NCBI GenBank assembly: GCA_028821195.1
Contig: JAPPHB010000118.1
Span: forward strand, 19,765 to 83,764
Reading direction: 5' to 3'
DNA length: 64,000 bases
Source of the DNA: Gammaproteobacteria bacterium
Lineage (GTDB): Bacteria; Gemmatimonadota; Gemmatimonadetes; Longimicrobiales; Gaopeijiaceae
Shown: in pieces, positions 7,729 to 16,917 of the stretch
Numbering within the stretch: the stretch's first letter is position 1
Layout: each line of letters starts with the position of its first letter
Position numbers and translations under genes: made by a program
Notes under the pieces: model-generated
What the model saw: only the letters and a program-made list of their open reading frames with translations
What the model was told of the DNA's origin: nothing
Databases searched by the model: none

Positions 7729-8487
7729 TCAAACCTCGATCACCATCCCGTCTTCCGCAGCCTCGAAGCCCTCGATGGGCAGCGCGGCGAGCACGTCGTC
7801 GCCCATGTGGGTGAGCACGATGCGTTCGCAGTCGATGTCCGAGCGCCGAGCCCGCAGCGTCTCGATGTCGAGGTGGACAGGGGCGCGCGGCCGCAGACTC
7901 CAGGCCTCGCAGATGAAGATATCGGCCCCGGCGGCAGCATCGATGAGGTTGTCATCCCACGCCGTGTCGCCCGAGAAGACGATGATTCTGCCCTCCACCT
8001 CGATGCGGAGCGCGTGTGGATTGGTCGCGGGGACGTGGGTCACGGGATAGCCGGTCGCGGTCAGCCCGCCGGGCCAGGCGTGCGCCAGGGTCGTGGGGCG
8101 GAACGATGCGTATTCGCGAATTGTGAGATTGAAGCGGTCCGGGCGCGGCGACGCGCTCGGGAAGAGGTGGCTGGCCAGCCGCGGCAGGCGGTCGGCGGTG
8201 CCCTCGGGGCCGAGGACCCCAAGGGGTCGCCCCACCCCGGCGGCCGCCCGCTGGAGCGCCAGCCAGGGGATGCCGGCGTAGTGGTCGCCGTGCATGTGGG
8301 TCACGAGCACGGTGTCGATGGCGTTCGGATCCACGCCGAACTTTCTGAGCCCCACCAGCGCCGAGGCGCCGCAGTCGATCAGAAAGCGATGGGTGTCGGA
8401 CTCGACACAGAAACAGGTCTGCAGCCGTCCGCCGCTGCCGAAGGCGTCGCCGCTGCCGATGAAGCGGATGCGAATGGGAGCTACCAC
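7729..8487 (-). CDS. MBL-fold metallo-hydrolase (RNase Z / PhnP-like)
   Basis: The HMHGDHYAG motif follows IDCGAS. A GTG at 8487 preceded by GGAGGA gives VVAPIRIRFIGSGDAFGSGGR. It overlaps the addA stop by 7 nt. Confidence 0.75.
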   Translation of the reverse strand: MVAPIRIRFIGSGDAFGSGGRLQTCFCVESDTHRFLIDCGASALVGLRKFGVDPNAIDTVLVTHMHGDHYAGIPWLALQRAAAGVGRPLGVLGPEGTADRLPRLASHLFPSASPRPDRFNLTIREYASFRPTTLAHAWPGGLTATGYPVTHVPATNPHALRIEVEGRIIVFSGDTAWDDNLIDAAAGADIFICEAWSLRPRAPVHLDIETLRARRSDIDCERIVLTHMGDDVLAALPIEGFEAAEDGMVIEV

Positions 8488-11400
8488 CGTTCCTCCTCCT
8501 CCATGGTCGTGAACAGGAGCGCCTTCTCCTTGACACGCTGGCCGGTGACTTCTTCCCAGCACTCCGCGTACAGGTCCACCTGACGCCGATAGGCGCGACG
8601 GCGGCGAGGGAAGTCGGGATCGTCGCCAACGTCGGTCTTGTAGTCCACGATCACCCAGCCGTCGGCTTCGCGGAAGGCCAGGTCGATCACGCCTTCCACG
8701 AGTCGGGGGATGTCGCCGTTCTCCGCCTGGCGCTCAAGCGCGAAGGGCGCTTCGGGCTGGCGCATGTCGGCGCCCTCGGCACGGCCCCAGAGTTCGGATG
8801 CGCGCACGCGCCCCACCAGCGACATGAGTTCATCCAGTTCGGCGGGCGCGCCGCGTTCGTCCAGCGGACGCTCGTGCTCCACCAGAAGCGCCCGTGCCAC
8901 GAACTCGAGGGCCTCGCCTTCGACTCCCTGGGCCGCGGCTGCAAGAGTACCGTGAACAGCGCTGCCCCACGCGTAGCCGCGAAGGGTCGTGCGATCCGGC
9001 ACGGTGGGAGTTGCCGGGTCATCGGACTGCGCCGGCTCTTCCCCGTGATCCTCGCCCTGGATCCCGGCTGCGTCCTGCATCGCAGCCTCGCCCGCTTCCG
9101 CTGCATCGGCCTTCGCCAGCTGGGTGATGGACGTGAACTCGTACGACGGCCGGGCCCCCTCGGCCATCCTGCCCTCGGCTGCCTCCGTTTCCGCCAGCAG
9201 ATCCTCGGCGCTTCGGGCCATGCGCTCCCGCGACTGCGGCACGTCCGCCGCCAGGTGCAGCGTTTCGGCGTTCCGGTCCAGCCACCCGCCGAAGACGCCC
9301 CAGCAGGACTTGCCGCCCTTGCGGGCGACGACCAGTTCCTCGCGCGCGCGCGTGCATGCTACGTACAGGATGCGCTGTTCCTCGGCCTCCAGGAACCGCA
9401 CCTCCTCCTGCGCTAGTTCGGCCCATTCGAGCGGTTGCGCGAGCGTCCAGGATCTGTAGGGGCCCGCGGGCGTGGTGACGGCGGCAAACGCTTCGGCCCC
9501 GCCGCTCGCGTTGCGGCGGGTGTGGGCATCCAGCCGTCGCGTGTGGGAGACGGTCTGTACGGGGTTGGCGAGCACGACGACGGTGGCCTGGAGGCCCTTG
9601 GCCTTGTGCAGGTTCATGACTCGCACGGCATCGCCGGGACCCGGATCGAAGGGTGCCTCCGCGTCCTCCCAGGCCAGCGCCGCCTCCAGCGCTTCGACCG
9701 CTCCCGCGAGCGATGCGTTGCCCCGCAGGGCCTCCGCCCGCACCGAGTCCAGCGCGTAGGCCAGGATTCCCGCCCGCAGCGTGCCGAGCGTACTGCTCGC
9801 GACGAAGGGCATCAGCCCCAGCCGGTCCACCAGGCGACCGATGACGATGTCGGCGGGCTCCCGCCGGCTTTCCTTCCACCACTCGTGCAGCACGGCCAGC
9901 GCCTTCGTCACCTCGGTCCGGGGCGTGTCCCCGCCGGCGCCATCCTCCTCCCGGTCCCGGTTCCGGGGCCTGGAGGTGAACTCGAATCGTCCTCCGGCCA
10001 GGGCATGCTGCGCCAGTTGCTCGTGGTCGAGGCCGAAAAAGAGCCCGGTGAGCACCGCCACGACGTTCACGGGGTTCCCCGGGTCGATGAGGGTCTCGAG
10101 CAGAAGGGCGAGCTCGCGCAGCTCCTCTTCAGGCCCGGCCTGTGCCCCGGAAACCTCGATGGTCACGTTGCGTTCCTCGAGCGCGCGGGCGTAGAGGTCC
10201 AGGTGGGCCTTCTTCCGGGTCAGCACCAGGAAGTCGCCTGCCGTGCGCTCGCCGCTGTCGAGCCGGGCCCGGATCCAGCTTGCAAGCATCGCCGCTTCGA
10301 GCCGTGCCGCGTCCGCATTGCGCCGTGCCTTGGGCACTTGGTAGTGGAACACCCCCTCCGGCCCGTTGGGCGCTCTCGGGTAGGGCACCATGGGCGCGAA
10401 GCACGCCTGGCGGTCGGTTTCCTCCCGCGGAAAGCGGACGGGATCGTCGAAGACCTCGTTGACCAGGTCGGCAACGGTCTGGCGCGAGCGGAAGTTGGTG
10501 ATGAGGTGGAGGACCGCGCCGAACTCCCTGAAGCGCCCGCGAACCTGGTTGTAGACGGCGATGTCCGCGCGCCGGAAGCGATAGATGCTCTGCTTCGGAT
10601 CCCCGACGACGAAGAGCGCCCCGGGACGCGGAACCACGGTGTGCCAGTCCGCCGGCCGGGTGGCGTCGTCGGCCCGAGATCCGGCATCCGCCGGCCGTGG
10701 CTCGGGCTCGGATGCGAGCAGGAAGAGCAGCTCCGCCTGTATGGGATCGGTGTCCTGGAACTCGTCGATGAGGACGTAGCGGTAGCGTTCTCCCAGATCC
10801 CGGCGCACCTCGGGATGCTCGCGAAGCAACTGCGCCGTCAGCATCAGGAGGTCGTGGAAGCTGAGCAGCCCGATGCGCAGACGCTCCTCTGCAAACTCGA
10901 GAGCCGCCCGCCGCACCAGCCTGATCGCCATCGCATAACGATGCGCCAGCCAGCGGTCGAGGTGGTTGCGGATCGGGCCGTCTTCGTTTCCCAGGACAGC
11001 GAGTTCGTCCCTCAGCCGCCTGACCTCGGCCGAGCCTGCCGGGGTCGGCTGTGGCCAGCGGTTGAGCGTGAAGCCCTTTCCCGAGGACATCTTCTCGGCG
11101 GCATCGAAGAGCGCCGCAAGATCGCCCCATTCGCGGAAACGGCGCGTGTAGCGGAGAGAGCGCACCATCTGCTGGGTCGCATCCCATCCGCGTTCAGGCT
11201 CATCATCCGGAATCAGGGCCAGTGCCCGGTCGAGCAGCTTCTCCAGCACACGGCGCACCCCGCGCGCCTCCTCGGGGCCCGGCGCGGCGATGGGGTCGGC
11301 GGGATACTCGACATCGAGGTTCTCGACCATCTGGTCGAATGCCTTGCGCAACTGGTCCACGCGTAGCCCCGCGCCCGCCAGCTCCTCTACCAGGGGATCC

Positions 11401-11909
11401 GAGTCGGAGATGATGCGCTCGACGAAGCTCGTCCAGAAGCGTTCCTGCAGGAGCTGGGTTTCGGCCTCCTGCGCCTCCTGAAACTCCGGGTCGAGGCCGG
11501 CCTCGATGGGGCGCTCGCGGAGCAGACGCGCGCAGAAGGCGTGGATGGTGCCCAGAAACGCGCGGTCGATGCCGTCGATTGCATCGCGGAGCCGGGCCAC
11601 CCTCTCGCCTTCGGCCGGATCGTGGCGGGCCTCGCGGTAGCACCGCTCGAGCGCCACCTGGAATCGTTCCCGCAGCTCCGCCGCCGCCTTGCGCGTGAAG
11701 GTGACGGCTGCGATCCGGGCCACTTCCGCTTCCCCGCTGTCGACCAGCGCCACCATCCGGTCTACCAGGAGCGTGGTCTTGCCGGAGCCGGCGCCGGCTT
11801 CGACCAGGAAGCTGGTGCGGAGTTCGGTGCGAACGCGCCGGCGCTGATCTTCGTCGACGGGTGGGGGTCGCCGGTCCGGGTCCGCGCGGAGGGCTTTCGG
11901 CGCGCTCAC
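8481..11909 (-). CDS. addA: UvrD/Rep-type helicase-nuclease, AddA-like
   Basis: Walker A VEAGAGSGKTT, DEFQDT, UvrD helicase motifs and a C-terminal PD-(D/E)xK nuclease (VIDLAFRE..WVIVDYKT). GTG 11909 overlaps the addB stop (GTGA). Confidence 0.8.
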   Translation of the reverse strand: MSAPKALRADPDRRPPPVDEDQRRRVRTELRTSFLVEAGAGSGKTTLLVDRMVALVDSGEAEVARIAAVTFTRKAAAELRERFQVALERCYREARHDPAEGERVARLRDAIDGIDRAFLGTIHAFCARLLRERPIEAGLDPEFQEAQEAETQLLQERFWTSFVERIISDSDPLVEELAGAGLRVDQLRKAFDQMVENLDVEYPADPIAAPGPEEARGVRRVLEKLLDRALALIPDDEPERGWDATQQMVRSLRYTRRFREWGDLAALFDAAEKMSSGKGFTLNRWPQPTPAGSAEVRRLRDELAVLGNEDGPIRNHLDRWLAHRYAMAIRLVRRAALEFAEERLRIGLLSFHDLLMLTAQLLREHPEVRRDLGERYRYVLIDEFQDTDPIQAELLFLLASEPEPRPADAGSRADDATRPADWHTVVPRPGALFVVGDPKQSIYRFRRADIAVYNQVRGRFREFGAVLHLITNFRSRQTVADLVNEVFDDPVRFPREETDRQACFAPMVPYPRAPNGPEGVFHYQVPKARRNADAARLEAAMLASWIRARLDSGERTAGDFLVLTRKKAHLDLYARALEERNVTIEVSGAQAGPEEELRELALLLETLIDPGNPVNVVAVLTGLFFGLDHEQLAQHALAGGRFEFTSRPRNRDREEDGAGGDTPRTEVTKALAVLHEWWKESRREPADIVIGRLVDRLGLMPFVASSTLGTLRAGILAYALDSVRAEALRGNASLAGAVEALEAALAWEDAEAPFDPGPGDAVRVMNLHKAKGLQATVVVLANPVQTVSHTRRLDAHTRRNASGGAEAFAAVTTPAGPYRSWTLAQPLEWAELAQEEVRFLEAEEQRILYVACTRAREELVVARKGGKSCWGVFGGWLDRNAETLHLAADVPQSRERMARSAEDLLAETEAAEGRMAEGARPSYEFTSITQLAKADAAEAGEAAMQDAAGIQGEDHGEEPAQSDDPATPTVPDRTTLRGYAWGSAVHGTLAAAAQGVEGEALEFVARALLVEHERPLDERGAPAELDELMSLVGRVRASELWGRAEGADMRQPEAPFALERQAENGDIPRLVEGVIDLAFREADGWVIVDYKTDVGDDPDFPRRRRAYRRQVDLYAECWEEVTGQRVKEKALLFTTMEEEERW

Positions 11910-14900
11910 GATGACGCGTTTCCGGGCTTGGCCCGGGCCTCGAGCGCGTGCAGGAACCCGGCCCCCTCGTGGTCCCAGTTGCGGATCGCGCGCAGTCCGG
12001 CGAGTTCGGGGGCGTCGCCGATGCGCTCCTTCACCCACTCCGCCAGCCGGGAAGTGGCGCCGAAGTCGGTCTCGCGCACACGGCAGATCGCCTGGTAGTT
12101 GCAGAAGCGGCAGTCGCCGGAGTCGTCGGTGGGGAGGAAATGTCCGCCGGCGACCCGGTCGAGGAGGCGGGCGACGAGTTCGGGCCCGGCGATCAGGTCG
12201 TCGGCGGAGTAGGCGCGGGTCTGGTTCTCGCCCTTGCGCGTGGGGAAGTGGTATTCCATGGCAAGGGTCCGTGCGTCGTGCAGCCGGCCCGCGACCGCCG
12301 CGTAGATGACATGCTGCAGCCGCCTCCCGCCGTCCCAGATGCCCCTCTTGCTGGCGAAACTGAAAGTGCCGCCGGTCTTGTAGTCCACCACCCGCAACCC
12401 GCGCTTCAGCCTGTCGATGCGGTCGATGGCGCCGCGCACCATCACGTCGCCCGAGGGCGTCGGGAAGGGAAGCGGGTCCTCACCCCTGAGCCCGAAAGCA
12501 CGCTCGGTGGCGATCCAGGCGGGCGGACTCTGCCGGATCATGTCGACGAACGATTCCGCGTCGCCCGCCAGTGCTTCCAGTTCGCGCGCGCGCACGGCAT
12601 CGCTTGGAGCCGGCACCTCGCGTACCGCGAGGCCGACTTCCTGGTCCAGGATCGCCGCGACCAGGCTCTCGAACGCCGGTTCGTGGTAGCCGATGTCCTC
12701 GTTGCGGGCCTCGGTCAGCGCGCGCTCGTACACGCGGTGCAGGATGCTCCCGCGCCCGAGGGCGTCGAGCCAGCCCTCGGGGTCGTAGGCGGGATCGTCC
12801 GGTGGCCAGACCCCCGCCACGTAGCCGTAGAAGTAGCGCTTCGCGCAGGCTCCCAGCGCGGCCAGCGCGCTGGCGGACACCGCGAGTTCGGGATTCCTGC
12901 GCGGGTCGAGTTCCGGGCGCGGGGTGGTCTGGCCGTGGAAGGCGGTCACCACATCGCCGGTCAGGGCGTCGCGCGCCCGCAATCCGGCCCCGATGAGAGG
13001 GAAGGCCTCCCGAACCATCTCCTCGCCGTCCAGAAGGCGGCCATTGCTTTCGAGCGACCCCAGCCAGACATCGGTGGCGTCGAGGCGCACCGCGCGCCGG
13101 GGGACGAGACCGGCGCGCTCGCGCACGTGCGCCTCCAGGTCCTCGAAGGTGGCCGCGGGATCGTTGCGCATGAGCCGGAAGGCCTGCAGCAGTTCCGCGG
13201 AGGGCGAGACCGCGCGCGCCTCCGCCGGATCCCAGGCGGCGTAGCTCAGGCAGACGGAACCACGCAGGCGGGCGAGAAGCGCTGCCAGCCGGAAGCGTCG
13301 CTCCCGGACGCGGTCGGCGGAGAGCGGCAGGTCGGAGGCGGCCAGTTGCACGCGGTCGCGGTCGAGCAGGTAGGGATCCTGGGTGGCCGAGCCGCCGAGG
13401 CGGTGGGCGTCGAGGCCCACCACGAAGGTGGCGCGCCGGCCCGTCCGGCCACCGTTGCCGATGTCGGTCAGGTAGAGCGCCCCACCCGCCGAACTCCACG
13501 GCGCGCTCCCCTCCGCGCGCGGGGCGGGGACCGGGAACGCGATGTGGCGGCGCACGATGGCGGCGGCGGCGCGGTAGTCGGTCTTGCGGACGAGGGCCGT
13601 CTCGATGCGCTCGAGGGTGTGGGTCATGCGCTCGAGCGCGGTGTCGTCGACGGAGGTCCCCGGGGATGTGCGGGCCAGGAAGCGGCGGAGTCCGCGGGCC
13701 ACCTGCGACGGCGACACCGGAGCGCCTCCCGTCCCGGAGTCCATGGAGACCGGGGGCGTGGCGGCAAGCGCGGGAGCCAGCAGGCCGCGCAATCCCCGGA
13801 GCTCGCGGCGGGTGCGCTGCTTGCGGCGTTCCAGTTGCTCGTCCGATTCGTACTTCCCGGCGCGGTAGTCGTCGACCTCCGCCAGGGCCCGCTCGATGGC
13901 CGGGAGGTAGCGGTCGCGTCCCCACCCGATGCGCAGCGAACGCAGTCGGCGGGCCAGCGTGGCTCCGCGGATCCATTCGTTGGGCCGGGGCGCGGTGAGG
14001 TCGCTCGCGTAGAGCAGCGTGCGCACCACCCCGGCATCGAAGCCGCCCTCGATCCAGCGGAAGTACGCCGCCGCGACCCGGCCGGGCCGGGTGCGCTCCA
14101 CCGGCAGTCCCGCGGCGAAGGTCACCGGCACGCCCGTCCGCTCCGCGAGCGCGTGCAGCGCGGAGCCGTACACGGCCGGATCCGTGGCCACGATCTCGAC
14201 CTCGTCCCACCCCAGACCGCGCTCGCGCGCCCGCCGCATCACCTCCCGCAGCTCGGCCTCGACGCTGTTGGCCACGAAGATGTCCAGGGTGTTGCCCGGG
14301 CTTGGCGAGTCGGGGGGCGCATCGCCTTCGATGGTGCTTGGGGCTCCCTCCACGTCGTGCAGGTGGGACAGGCGGCCCGCTCCCTCCCGGGCCGCGCGCC
14401 ACACCACGGAACCGGGGACCGCCAGCCCCCGCACCGGATCCGCCTCCAGCACCTCCGCGCCCCGTCGCTGGAGCGCGCCCAGGAAGCGGCCGGCCAGCCC
14501 GCGGCGTTCGATTCCGGGCGCGAGGTAGACGTGCTGTCCCGCGAGCGACCCCGTCCCGCCAGCTTCAGCGCCCGCCCGGTCGGCCTCCTCGGCCGACCGC
14601 AGCACCCAGGCCGCGGCCTGGTAGACGCCCGCGGTATCCGTCAGGTCGCGTTGCCGCAACCGCCCCTCGTACGCGGCCAGGACGCGGGACAGGATGCGTG
14701 CCTTGGCGGGATCGGCCAGCGGCGCGCCGGCGAGCTTCCGGGACCGCACTCCGGCCAGCCTCAGGGTCGTGACCGCGCGCGCGAGCGCCCGCCGCATCCC
14801 CGCCCTCCGGGCCAGCCCGGCGTGTGCGTCCTTCTCGCCTCCGAGCAGCACCTCGTCGATGGCCTCGTCGAGCAGCCCCTCCTCGTCGAATGGGTCCGTG

Positions 14901-15229
14901 AGCCGGATTGCGCGCGCGGCCAGTGCGGGCCCGGCCACGGTGATCGCGAGCATGCGGGTGGTGGTGGCCTCGAACCCCACCCACGAGCCGGTGCACAGCG
15001 CGAGCTGGCGCAGGAGTTCGCGGCCCTCGCCGCCGGTCCGGCACACGATCACCTTGCGGTCGAGGGGGTGCCGGGCGGAAAGGCGGGCGAGCGAGCGCAC
15101 CAGCGCGGAGGCGGCGGCGACGCCGGGGCGGCCGCCGTCGGGAACTTCGGCCTCGTCGCGGCTGGGCGCCCGCGCCAGTTCCCCTTCCAGATCGAACGAG
15201 AACTGTCCTTCCTTCCCGTCTGTGGTCAT
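11906..15229 (-). CDS. addB: AddB-like PD-(D/E)XK nuclease subunit with a C-terminal Cys cluster
   Basis: No intact P-loop. C-terminal nuclease motif GAIDRIDRL..LRVVDYKTG, plus CRFCNYQAIC typical of the AddB Fe-S staple. Translationally coupled to addA. Confidence 0.7.
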   Translation of the reverse strand: MTTDGKEGQFSFDLEGELARAPSRDEAEVPDGGRPGVAAASALVRSLARLSARHPLDRKVIVCRTGGEGRELLRQLALCTGSWVGFEATTTRMLAITVAGPALAARAIRLTDPFDEEGLLDEAIDEVLLGGEKDAHAGLARRAGMRRALARAVTTLRLAGVRSRKLAGAPLADPAKARILSRVLAAYEGRLRQRDLTDTAGVYQAAAWVLRSAEEADRAGAEAGGTGSLAGQHVYLAPGIERRGLAGRFLGALQRRGAEVLEADPVRGLAVPGSVVWRAAREGAGRLSHLHDVEGAPSTIEGDAPPDSPSPGNTLDIFVANSVEAELREVMRRARERGLGWDEVEIVATDPAVYGSALHALAERTGVPVTFAAGLPVERTRPGRVAAAYFRWIEGGFDAGVVRTLLYASDLTAPRPNEWIRGATLARRLRSLRIGWGRDRYLPAIERALAEVDDYRAGKYESDEQLERRKQRTRRELRGLRGLLAPALAATPPVSMDSGTGGAPVSPSQVARGLRRFLARTSPGTSVDDTALERMTHTLERIETALVRKTDYRAAAAIVRRHIAFPVPAPRAEGSAPWSSAGGALYLTDIGNGGRTGRRATFVVGLDAHRLGGSATQDPYLLDRDRVQLAASDLPLSADRVRERRFRLAALLARLRGSVCLSYAAWDPAEARAVSPSAELLQAFRLMRNDPAATFEDLEAHVRERAGLVPRRAVRLDATDVWLGSLESNGRLLDGEEMVREAFPLIGAGLRARDALTGDVVTAFHGQTTPRPELDPRRNPELAVSASALAALGACAKRYFYGYVAGVWPPDDPAYDPEGWLDALGRGSILHRVYERALTEARNEDIGYHEPAFESLVAAILDQEVGLAVREVPAPSDAVRARELEALAGDAESFVDMIRQSPPAWIATERAFGLRGEDPLPFPTPSGDVMVRGAIDRIDRLKRGLRVVDYKTGGTFSFASKRGIWDGGRRLQHVIYAAVAGRLHDARTLAMEYHFPTRKGENQTRAYSADDLIAGPELVARLLDRVAGGHFLPTDDSGDCRFCNYQAICRVRETDFGATSRLAEWVKERIGDAPELAGLRAIRNWDHEGAGFLHALEARAKPGNASS

Positions 15230-15255
15230 CGGCGGGCGCTACCGTCCGTCGCGCA

Positions 15256-16062
15256 TCAGCGACGCCACTTCACGAACGGATACACCAGCCGCGCCGCCAG
15301 CGAGCGCGGATACGTCTCCTCCATCCCCTCGAAGCCGAGCCGCTCGGGCTGCTCCTGGTCGGCCGGCCAGTAGGCGGTGCGGAAGAGCCAGTCCCACACG
15401 CTCAGCACGATGCCGAAGTTCTGACCGCCCCTTCCGTGCTGCACCACGTCGTGATGCCACACGTGCATCTTCGCCGAGTTGAACAGGTAGCGGAGCGGCC
15501 CCCAGTCGATGCGCAGGTTGGAGTGGTTGAGGTCCTGCATCAGCGTGCTCACGATGGCCATCAGCAGGATCACGGTCCCATCCACGCCCAGCACCACCAG
15601 CGGCAGGTACGAGAGCGTCTTGTAGACCACCACCTCGCCCCAGTGGAAGCGGAAGTTCCCGATCCAGTCCAGCTCCTCGATGCTGTGATGCAGCTTGTGG
15701 AACTCCCACAGCCAGGGCGTCAGGTGCAGCAGCCGGTGGATGTTCCACTCCACGAAATCCTTCACCACGAAGAACACCACGAACTGGAGCCAGAGGGGCT
15801 GCGATGTGACCAGCGCCAGCGACTCGGGCACCGGCACTCCCATGTCGAACAGCATTCCGTTGAACGCCTGCACCATCCGGCCCGTCACCATCGCCAGCAG
15901 CACCCCGAGGTAGTGCCCGTTGAACACGAGCCAGAACAGATCCTGCCAGATGCCCCGCCGTAGCGCCCGCTGCTCCTTGCGCCAGGGCCAGAGCCGCTCG
16001 AGCAGGAAGCAGAACAGCGAGACGGCGATCAGCCAGAAGTAGTACTGAAGGTAGACGGGCAT
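15256..16062 (-). CDS. Fatty acid hydroxylase / sterol desaturase family membrane protein
   Basis: Histidine boxes HRLLH, HKLHHS and HVWHH in a multi-TM protein. Confidence 0.75.
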   Translation of the reverse strand: MPVYLQYYFWLIAVSLFCFLLERLWPWRKEQRALRRGIWQDLFWLVFNGHYLGVLLAMVTGRMVQAFNGMLFDMGVPVPESLALVTSQPLWLQFVVFFVVKDFVEWNIHRLLHLTPWLWEFHKLHHSIEELDWIGNFRFHWGEVVVYKTLSYLPLVVLGVDGTVILLMAIVSTLMQDLNHSNLRIDWGPLRYLFNSAKMHVWHHDVVQHGRGGQNFGIVLSVWDWLFRTAYWPADQEQPERLGFEGMEETYPRSLAARLVYPFVKWRR

Positions 16063-16152
16063 GGGGTTCCGTCCTCAGGGGATGATGGGGATGTGGCACA
16101 CATATTCCGACGAAGCCCGGCGGCACGGCAACAGGTCGCGCCCATCACTCCG

Positions 16153-16779
16153 TCAGGGCGCCGGCATATCGGTCAGCCGCCAGAGCACCCAGCTCGCCAC
16201 CGACCGGAGCGGCTTCCACACCTCCGAGCGCTCCAGCACGGCCTTTGGCGTGGGCCGTTCGTCGAGCTCGTCCAGCCGGCGCAGGCCCTCCCGCACCCCG
16301 AGGTCGGTCGCAGGCATCACGTCCAGCCGTCCCAGCTTGAAGAGGAGGAACATCTGCGCGGTCCAGACGCCGATGCCGCGCACCTCGGTCAGCCGCTCGA
16401 TGATCTCGTCGTCCGATAGCCGCCAAGCGCCGCGCAGGCGGAGCGACCGGGACTCAACCCGGCGCGCCAGATCGGTGAGCGCAAGCATCTTGTTGCGCGA
16501 CAGCCCCGCGCCCCTCAGCTCCTCCTCCGGCAGGGCCAGCAACTCCGCGGGAGTCGGAAAGTTGCGTCCGGGGGTGAGGGCGTGCACGCGTCCGTAGATG
16601 GTCTTGGCGGCGGCTCCGGCGAGCTGCTGGTAGATGATGGACCGGCACAGGTAGTGAAAGCCGGAGAAGCGGCGGGCGGTCCTGGAGAAATCCGGAAACT
16701 CGGGCACCGGCGCCATGGCGGCCCCCAGGCGGGGATCGGCCTCGGCAAGGCGGGCCAACTGCTCTGAAGTGGGTTGCAT
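16153..16779 (-). CDS. DNA-3-methyladenine glycosylase II family (HhH-GPD, AlkA-like)
   Basis: HhH-GPD pattern: LSRNKMLALTDLA, VRGIGVWTAQMFLLF..LDVMPATDLGV. Confidence 0.8.
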   Translation of the reverse strand: MQPTSEQLARLAEADPRLGAAMAPVPEFPDFSRTARRFSGFHYLCRSIIYQQLAGAAAKTIYGRVHALTPGRNFPTPAELLALPEEELRGAGLSRNKMLALTDLARRVESRSLRLRGAWRLSDDEIIERLTEVRGIGVWTAQMFLLFKLGRLDVMPATDLGVREGLRRLDELDERPTPKAVLERSEVWKPLRSVASWVLWRLTDMPAP

Positions 16780-16917
16780 GGGTGGCGGTCAGGGAAGAGG
16801 TAGCGGCCTGGCGTGCTCCAAGGTAACGCCGCTGCGGCGGGACGCCCGGCGGGGGACCACAATCGGCGCGTCCAGAGTAGGAAACGAACCCGCAGCCAGC
16901 CGTTCCCCGGAGGTGCC

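Noticed and set aside
11948-15373. Very long antisense or alternative-frame ORFs (for example 11948-15373 +, 9435-11366 +, 26567-29053 +, 42666-45548 -, 45599-47518 -, 34271-36520 -, 889-2841 +, 48599-50344 +).
   Set aside because: All are Arg/Gly/Pro/Ala-rich with no motifs, and each lies opposite or out of frame with a gene that has clear family signatures. This is the expected artefact of stop-codon-poor GC-rich DNA.
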